Assembly: GCA_963675525.2 (NCBI GenBank)
Contig: CAXXSL010000011.1
Coordinates: 448,001-512,000, forward strand
Direction: 5' to 3'
Length of the DNA: 64,000 nt
Origin: Anaerohalosphaeraceae bacterium
GTDB taxonomy: Bacteria; Planctomycetota; Phycisphaerae; Sedimentisphaerales; Anaerohalosphaeraceae
A program made the position numbers and the translations under genes. Positions 58,968 through 64,000 of the stretch are shown here, one piece after another; position 1 is the first letter of the stretch; each line of letters starts with the position of its first letter. Under the pieces are notes generated by a model. The model was not told the DNA's origin and did not search any database. It saw nothing but the letters and a program-made list of their open reading frames with translations.

Positions 58968-61900
58968 TCATTGATTCAAATTCCGAATTTCCTGCGGTGT
59001 CAAAGCAACATCATAAATGCGCACATCGTCAATCAAGCCCAGGAAATAACGCTGCGATGCATTGTATACACCAATCCTCACGTCTTGATCCGTTGCATCC
59101 GAACTCGTATTCACCGGCTCATCCACCGAAGCACTGATGACCTCCGGCTGACCATCAACATATAACTGTGCTTCTGTAATGTCAGGTGACCCATCATCTT
59201 CCAGAACCACAGCGACGTGATGCCAACTGCCGTCATTAATTGCAGTAGTCCCAATAATATTGCCCCCTTGGACCTCGGCACGAAGTTGACCGCCTTCATT
59301 GACACGGATGATCCACCGGGCTCCGTTACTGGGCTCAGAGCCCCATGTGACAATTTCATCCGAAACTGCTGTCGTCTTGATCCATGCTGTAAAGGTCCGG
59401 CTGGCAGCACCGGTGACGCCTTTGTAGCCGGTGATCTGGACATAATCGTCTGTACCATCAAAGTTCAGGGCACCGCCCACATAGCCTGTATCCCAGATCG
59501 GATCGTTAACTAGTTGTCCCGACCTTCCATTGATCGAACTATCCTGCGCGACATTTCCGCTCATTTCATCAAATTTCAAATGAAGCTGAAGATCATCGGC
59601 GGGTGTTACGTCAGCGCCAATAATTTCGATATAGTCTATATTGCCCAAGCCACTGGTACCGGTGGCTTGAAGCCGCAGGTCATTGATCCCAACGGTCAAC
59701 GATACAGTTTGGCTGACCGTGTTCCAAATTGTCCAGTCACTTGAACTTAATGCCGGGAAGCTGATACTTGCAATAGCCGTTGAGCCATTGACAAGTAAAG
59801 CCCCGGGGCGGTCACTCCCGCCGCCGTTGGCATAACGCCACGTCATTGTATAGGTTCCCGCCGTTGCGATATTGACTTTCCAGTCAACACCCATACCGAT
59901 AGCATTATCCGTATTGGAAAATCCGTCCCCGGTAAATCCGGTGTTATTATTATCAACGGTACCATCCACACCCCGGAAACCTGCAGTGTTCTCTTGGATA
60001 ATCGTACCGGTTCCCGAAGCAACAGGATGAGCCGAGACCTCGCTTGTGTCTGTGGATTCGTTCATAGAAGTATCGACTGCCCTGACTATATAATGGTAGA
60101 GCGTACCATTCACGACATCCGTATCGACGTAGTCTGAGGTAATGATAATCGCAGTGTTAAGCTGAACATAAGCACTCCCAGAGGTTGTCGTTCGATAGAT
60201 GTTGTAACCTGCCAGATCCCCTTCACCGTTGTCATGCCAATCGAGGGAAACCTGTGCATTTGCAGCCTGTGCCCACAGTCCGGTCGGCGAAGAAGGGGGA
60301 GCGGACGACTCGACCAGAACGGCCAAGGTCTGCGTCCATGTACTGCCGTCGCTGTCCGTCACCGTGAAGTTAAAACGTGCCCGGCCCGAAAAATCGAGTA
60401 TAGGCTCGAACACGACCGTATAGCCATCGGGCTGGATCGTTGCCGTACCATTCTGGATATTGGACAAGGAAAAGACGACTGGAGCCACATTGAAACCGCG
60501 GGTATACCTGCGCAGATCAACCGTTAGAGAGGACGGCTCTTCTGCGGTATTCTTTGCTATAGCGGCATGCGGAATGGCACAGAAGTGAAGGTATTCATCC
60601 AGCAGCGTATAGCCTAAAGATACGTACGCGCCCGCCGGAACGAGGGCGTTGTGGTTTTGCAGCGTAACGCTGGATCCAATGGAGAGTTCCCAAAAATCGG
60701 GCATGCCGTCGCCATCGTTATCTGTTGGTGCTGTAGCCGAATTAAGTGTACCGAAACCGTTGTTGGACACCGGCAGATCGGACTCTCTTGAGATGCGGCT
60801 GTGGACTTGGTTGATAACGTTGTTGAACAGCAGTGTATCTACCTCGTCACGCAGCGAACTGGCACTCGCATCCAGTCGCAATGCACCTGCGGAGGAAATC
60901 ACTTTCTTATAGGCGGTCAGCGGATCGTCGACGGTGATCGCGATGTTGCCGGTAGCGCCGGTGAAAGCGCTGGAGGCCCTGACGTAACGGTTTGCCCCCT
61001 CGGAATCACCGGGTTGGTATTCCGAGCCGCCCACGATCGCGTAGCCCTTATCTGTACCGTTGAGTAGTCCATCGCCGTCCGAATCATGGAGGCAGTTGTC
61101 GAGCCAGAGCGTGAAGTTCGGATTATTGTTGCGGTCCACCAAGGCTTTTTCGAGCGCGATGCTATCAGTGTAGGTGGGGGGAGAGAGGAAATAGGATCCG
61201 ATGACGTTTGCCTTCCAGTCCGCAGGTGTCGTCGAGTCACCCATGATGAAGCCGATGCCCCAGTCGAATGTCACGTTGTTAACCCACTCGAGCAGTCCGT
61301 AGGGACGTGCCTTCGGGTTGCGTGTGTGATGATGCCCCCACAGCGAGTGGTGACATGAGCCGTTCTCGAGATCCCATAGCCCGCCGCAGTTATGGCTTTC
61401 CAAGCCCCAGGCGGACACCGAGTTCTGCATGGTAAAGTTGTCGAGAGTACTGTTGAAGAAGGAAATATTTTCGTCGGTGCTGAACATCAACGAAATGTGG
61501 TCGATAATACTGTTGTCGGCGCTGCTTTCGAAGTTGATGCAATCTCCGGCTCCACCATTCTCGCCATGCCTGATGCGCAGATGGCGAAGCACCGCGTTGT
61601 TGCCAGTGACAAGAATCCTGCCGTCTTTTAATCCGATGCCGTCACCGGGAGCCGTCTGTCCGGCGATCGTAACGTTATTCTGAACAATCCGAATGGTCTG
61701 GTTTCCCGTATCACTGTTGTAGTTGATGGGAATATAGCCGCTGACCGCAAACACAATGGTACGCCCACTTGAGGGCGCATTTTCGACACCATATCGTAGC
61801 GACCCCGGGCCACTGCTGTCGAGGTTAACCACTGTATACACATCGCCACCGCGACCACCGTTGGCCTGAGCCCCGAAGCCCTCGGCTCCCGGAAACGCTA

Positions 61901-62978
61901 CCAATGGTGGCGATACAGTCTGGAAATTCCATATATTTCCCGGCTCGATATTATCGCAAGAGACAGAATCCACCCGCCAATAATAGGTCGTGCTTGGATC
62001 AAGATCTTCCAGATCAAAAGTGGTCCCGGTCGTTGCGCCCAGATAGATCGCATCCGCAGAATCCTGCCAGTCTGCGGCAATTTTCGAAAAATCCGTTAAA
62101 TCGACTACCCCACTGTAATCCAAATCGGGACATGGTGAAGACGGGGCCATCAGCCACTGAAGTCCCAATTCACTAAGATCTGGAAGATTGACCAAACCAT
62201 CACCATTTACATCGCCGCCCAACCTCTGTGCGGACGTGACCGCAGTGGCATCTGTTCCCAGGTAGATCTCGCTTCGAACAGCACCGTTGCCGGGCTGCCA
62301 TGACAGTAATCCTAAATCCGTTGCCACAGTTTCCCCAGTGGCCGGTTCGGGATAATCAGCCCCCGGAGGCGGATACGTCACGATCAATGTCGGCCAGTAC
62401 GCTTCTCCCCCGGAATGGTCGTGTGTTGTACAGTTGATCAGCGAGTTTGAATTGTGTAAAATAAACTGCACAATGTCATCGGTATCGCCCAGAATAGCCG
62501 GGGTCACATCAATAAAATGCTGAGAGCCGGCCAGGTAATTACCTGCCAGATCGACGGTTCCCATCAAGGTCGCCTTCGTGAAATCCGGGTTAGACTGATC
62601 TGCCGTATTATTGGCTGGTGCATTGGTCCAGGTAATATCTGTTTCACCCCAGCCAATATTCGTTGTATAGTTATTATTAACGGCGGATACATCAAAATGA
62701 AAGTCGCCTTCGTCTTCGTTGAGCGTCAACCTCAAAACTGCCCCGCGGATACTGCTGCGGTCTTCTAACGCGCTAAGGTCAAATTTGATCCAGGATTTAG
62801 CGGCTGAAGCATCCGAACGGATGCTGAGTTTGCTTGCGTCGGACTTGTTCGTATCCGGCACCAACGAATCTGTGCGGCAACTGACAGAGGCCGGAACAAG
62901 TACTTCCGCGTCCAATACACTGCCGGAAAGCATACATATAATTACGATCGCTGTTACGATGGTCCCCCGCTGTCTCAT
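58968..62978 (-). CDS. Multimodular pectate lyase: DNRLRE-like + dockerin-like + PL1 + Ig + Fn3 + CBM35 + LamG
   Basis: 'KSWIKFDLS', 'GDVNGDGLVNLPDL..L...WL...DLDYSGVVDLTDF', AFPGAEG, RNPKAR, CBM35 motifs, LamG 'ALNFDGTDDYV...WHHVAV...GLIDDVRIY'. Confidence 0.88.
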   Translation of the reverse strand: MRQRGTIVTAIVIICMLSGSVLDAEVLVPASVSCRTDSLVPDTNKSDASKLSIRSDASAAKSWIKFDLSALEDRSSIRGAVLRLTLNEDEGDFHFDVSAVNNNYTTNIGWGETDITWTNAPANNTADQSNPDFTKATLMGTVDLAGNYLAGSQHFIDVTPAILGDTDDIVQFILHNSNSLINCTTHDHSGGEAYWPTLIVTYPPPGADYPEPATGETVATDLGLLSWQPGNGAVRSEIYLGTDATAVTSAQRLGGDVNGDGLVNLPDLSELGLQWLMAPSSPCPDLDYSGVVDLTDFSKIAADWQDSADAIYLGATTGTTFDLEDLDPSTTYYWRVDSVSCDNIEPGNIWNFQTVSPPLVAFPGAEGFGAQANGGRGGDVYTVVNLDSSGPGSLRYGVENAPSSGRTIVFAVSGYIPINYNSDTGNQTIRIVQNNVTIAGQTAPGDGIGLKDGRILVTGNNAVLRHLRIRHGENGGAGDCINFESSADNSIIDHISLMFSTDENISFFNSTLDNFTMQNSVSAWGLESHNCGGLWDLENGSCHHSLWGHHHTRNPKARPYGLLEWVNNVTFDWGIGFIMGDSTTPADWKANVIGSYFLSPPTYTDSIALEKALVDRNNNPNFTLWLDNCLHDSDGDGLLNGTDKGYAIVGGSEYQPGDSEGANRYVRASSAFTGATGNIAITVDDPLTAYKKVISSAGALRLDASASSLRDEVDTLLFNNVINQVHSRISRESDLPVSNNGFGTLNSATAPTDNDGDGMPDFWELSIGSSVTLQNHNALVPAGAYVSLGYTLLDEYLHFCAIPHAAIAKNTAEEPSSLTVDLRRYTRGFNVAPVVFSLSNIQNGTATIQPDGYTVVFEPILDFSGRARFNFTVTDSDGSTWTQTLAVLVESSAPPSSPTGLWAQAANAQVSLDWHDNGEGDLAGYNIYRTTTSGSAYVQLNTAIIITSDYVDTDVVNGTLYHYIVRAVDTSMNESTDTSEVSAHPVASGTGTIIQENTAGFRGVDGTVDNNNTGFTGDGFSNTDNAIGMGVDWKVNIATAGTYTMTWRYANGGGSDRPGALLVNGSTAIASISFPALSSSDWTIWNTVSQTVSLTVGINDLRLQATGTSGLGNIDYIEIIGADVTPADDLQLHLKFDEMSGNVAQDSSINGRSGQLVNDPIWDTGYVGGALNFDGTDDYVQITGYKGVTGAASRTFTAWIKTTAVSDEIVTWGSEPSNGARWIIRVNEGGQLRAEVQGGNIIGTTAINDGSWHHVAVVLEDDGSPDITEAQLYVDGQPEVISASVDEPVNTSSDATDQDVRIGVYNASQRYFLGLIDDVRIYDVALTPQEIRNLNQ

Positions 62979-63082
62979 ATGTCTATCCCTTTGATAAATA
63001 TCGACTTACATTAAGTATTTCTTTTGACAAAAAAATTTCGCCCCCATAATTATAATGATAGCATAACCTATTCAACAGAAAA

Positions 63083-63117
63083 CAGCAACCGGGTACACCT
63101 AAGGCGTACCCGGCTGC
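63083..63117 (-). terminator. Stem-loop, possible terminator or processing site
   Basis: GCAACCGGGTAC-ACCTAAGGC-GTACCCGGCTGC. Confidence 0.5.
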
Positions 63118-63149
63118 CAAATCATTCAACCATTAATACTTAACTGTCA

Positions 63150-64000
63150 TTATGGAGCACACGATGCATCCATATAAGAATGACATTCAAGCCAATGCAG
63201 AGCGAATTCACTGAAGTCGTTCAAATCAACATAGCAGTTATTGTCAAAGTCAGCATTGATCTGACTATACCCCGGTTTGGCCTTTGCGGCATCACACGGT
63301 GTATCGCCAACAAAGATCTCGGTCGCGCCCGTGCCGACCAGATCACCATCGTTCGCAGACAACTGGAAGGTATACGTCCCTGTTGCCGGCAGTACAAGCG
63401 TGATATCTTCGACATTATTCGGGTCGATGGCTACGGTTGCCGGACCGTCGATCTGTTCCCACAGAAGACCCAGCGTCGGATTCGGGAAGCCGTCATCAGA
63501 CGCTGTTGCATTAATCACAGCGGTCGCAGAAGCCGGATCACCGTCATTGTTCAGCCATAGATACTGGAAAGGCTCTTCCACGTCAACTGTCGGATATGCG
63601 TTGTTGGTGTTGAAACTCCACACATAACCCTGTGTTGTCTCACCGGTCCCGCTATCAGTCACATTGACAACCCAGTTGTACGTTGTGTTTACAGCCAACG
63701 TGTAGCCGGACAACGAAGCAGTGTTCCCGGTGGTGTCATCAGCGATCAAGGTAAACCCGTCACCGGAACCAACCGGATCATTGGGGTCGCCGGTACCAAT
63801 CCAAACATCGCAGGTCAGCGTGCCGACGGCGGGCGGATTTGTCCAGCTCAGTTGAGCAAGGGTCGTACTTTGGCTGGTGTTGATGGCCGGAACCGGGTTC
63901 GTCGCCCAAGTCGGGGTTGTCACATTACCTCTCAGAATGATCCCTTTGAGAGCGACTCCATCAATAGTAAGCGAGCGGCTATGGCTCGGCGAACAAATCT
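63150..64000 (-). CDS. C-terminal part of a secreted protein with PKD-like and dockerin-like domains (5' end outside the window)
   Basis: Frame open to the window edge; 'ATNPVP', 'YNWVV', 'SDDGFP...WEQIDGP...GTYTFQL', 'ADFDNNCYVDLNDF..FA..WL.C'. Confidence 0.75.
   Translation of the reverse strand, partial: ICSPSHSRSLTIDGVALKGIILRGNVTTPTWATNPVPAINTSQSTTLAQLSWTNPPAVGTLTCDVWIGTGDPNDPVGSGDGFTLIADDTTGNTASLSGYTLAVNTTYNWVVNVTDSGTGETTQGYVWSFNTNNAYPTVDVEEPFQYLWLNNDGDPASATAVINATASDDGFPNPTLGLLWEQIDGPATVAIDPNNVEDITLVLPATGTYTFQLSANDGDLVGTGATEIFVGDTPCDAAKAKPGYSQINADFDNNCYVDLNDFSEFALHWLECHSYMDASCAP

Overview
Bacterial chromosome segment, most likely from a Planctomycetota/Phycisphaerae (Sedimentisphaerales-like) genome. 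This is an inference from the dockerin-like 'D-F-x-x-F-A-x-x-W-L' modules, a Rhodopirellula/Verrucomicrobium-type ECF-FecR pair, GLUG/PKD proteins and planctomycete-type secretin fragments. The left ~38 kb is mostly housekeeping: feoA/DtxR-family regulator, a large GLUG+YWTD secreted protein, glmS, ACT and STAS proteins, an Opp/Dpp ABC operon with two binding proteins, a His-less B12-binding protein, PTS IIA, an EB_dh lipoprotein-histidine kinase-DUF2490 operon, glycogen phosphorylase, an EF-G paralogue, lemA/DUF3137 and PilT. The right ~25 kb is a pectin-degradation island: one GH2, eight PL1 pectate lyases in two converging arrays with shuffled dockerin-like/Fn3/CBM35/DNRLRE/LamG modules, an embedded ECF sigma/FecR cassette, gene remnants and a 606-bp apparently identical duplication. 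Non-coding highlights are a twice-repeated ~300-nt AACCCAAT-box element (4.8-5.9 kb), a promoter- and terminator-bounded sRNA candidate (~35.9 kb), four sigma28-like promoters on non-flagellar genes, and a candidate ECF promoter shared by the sigma gene and the lyase array. Nine single-base indels, mostly in homopolymer runs, break genes including glmS and glgP and are most likely sequencing errors. No rRNA, tRNA, CRISPR array or transposase was seen.
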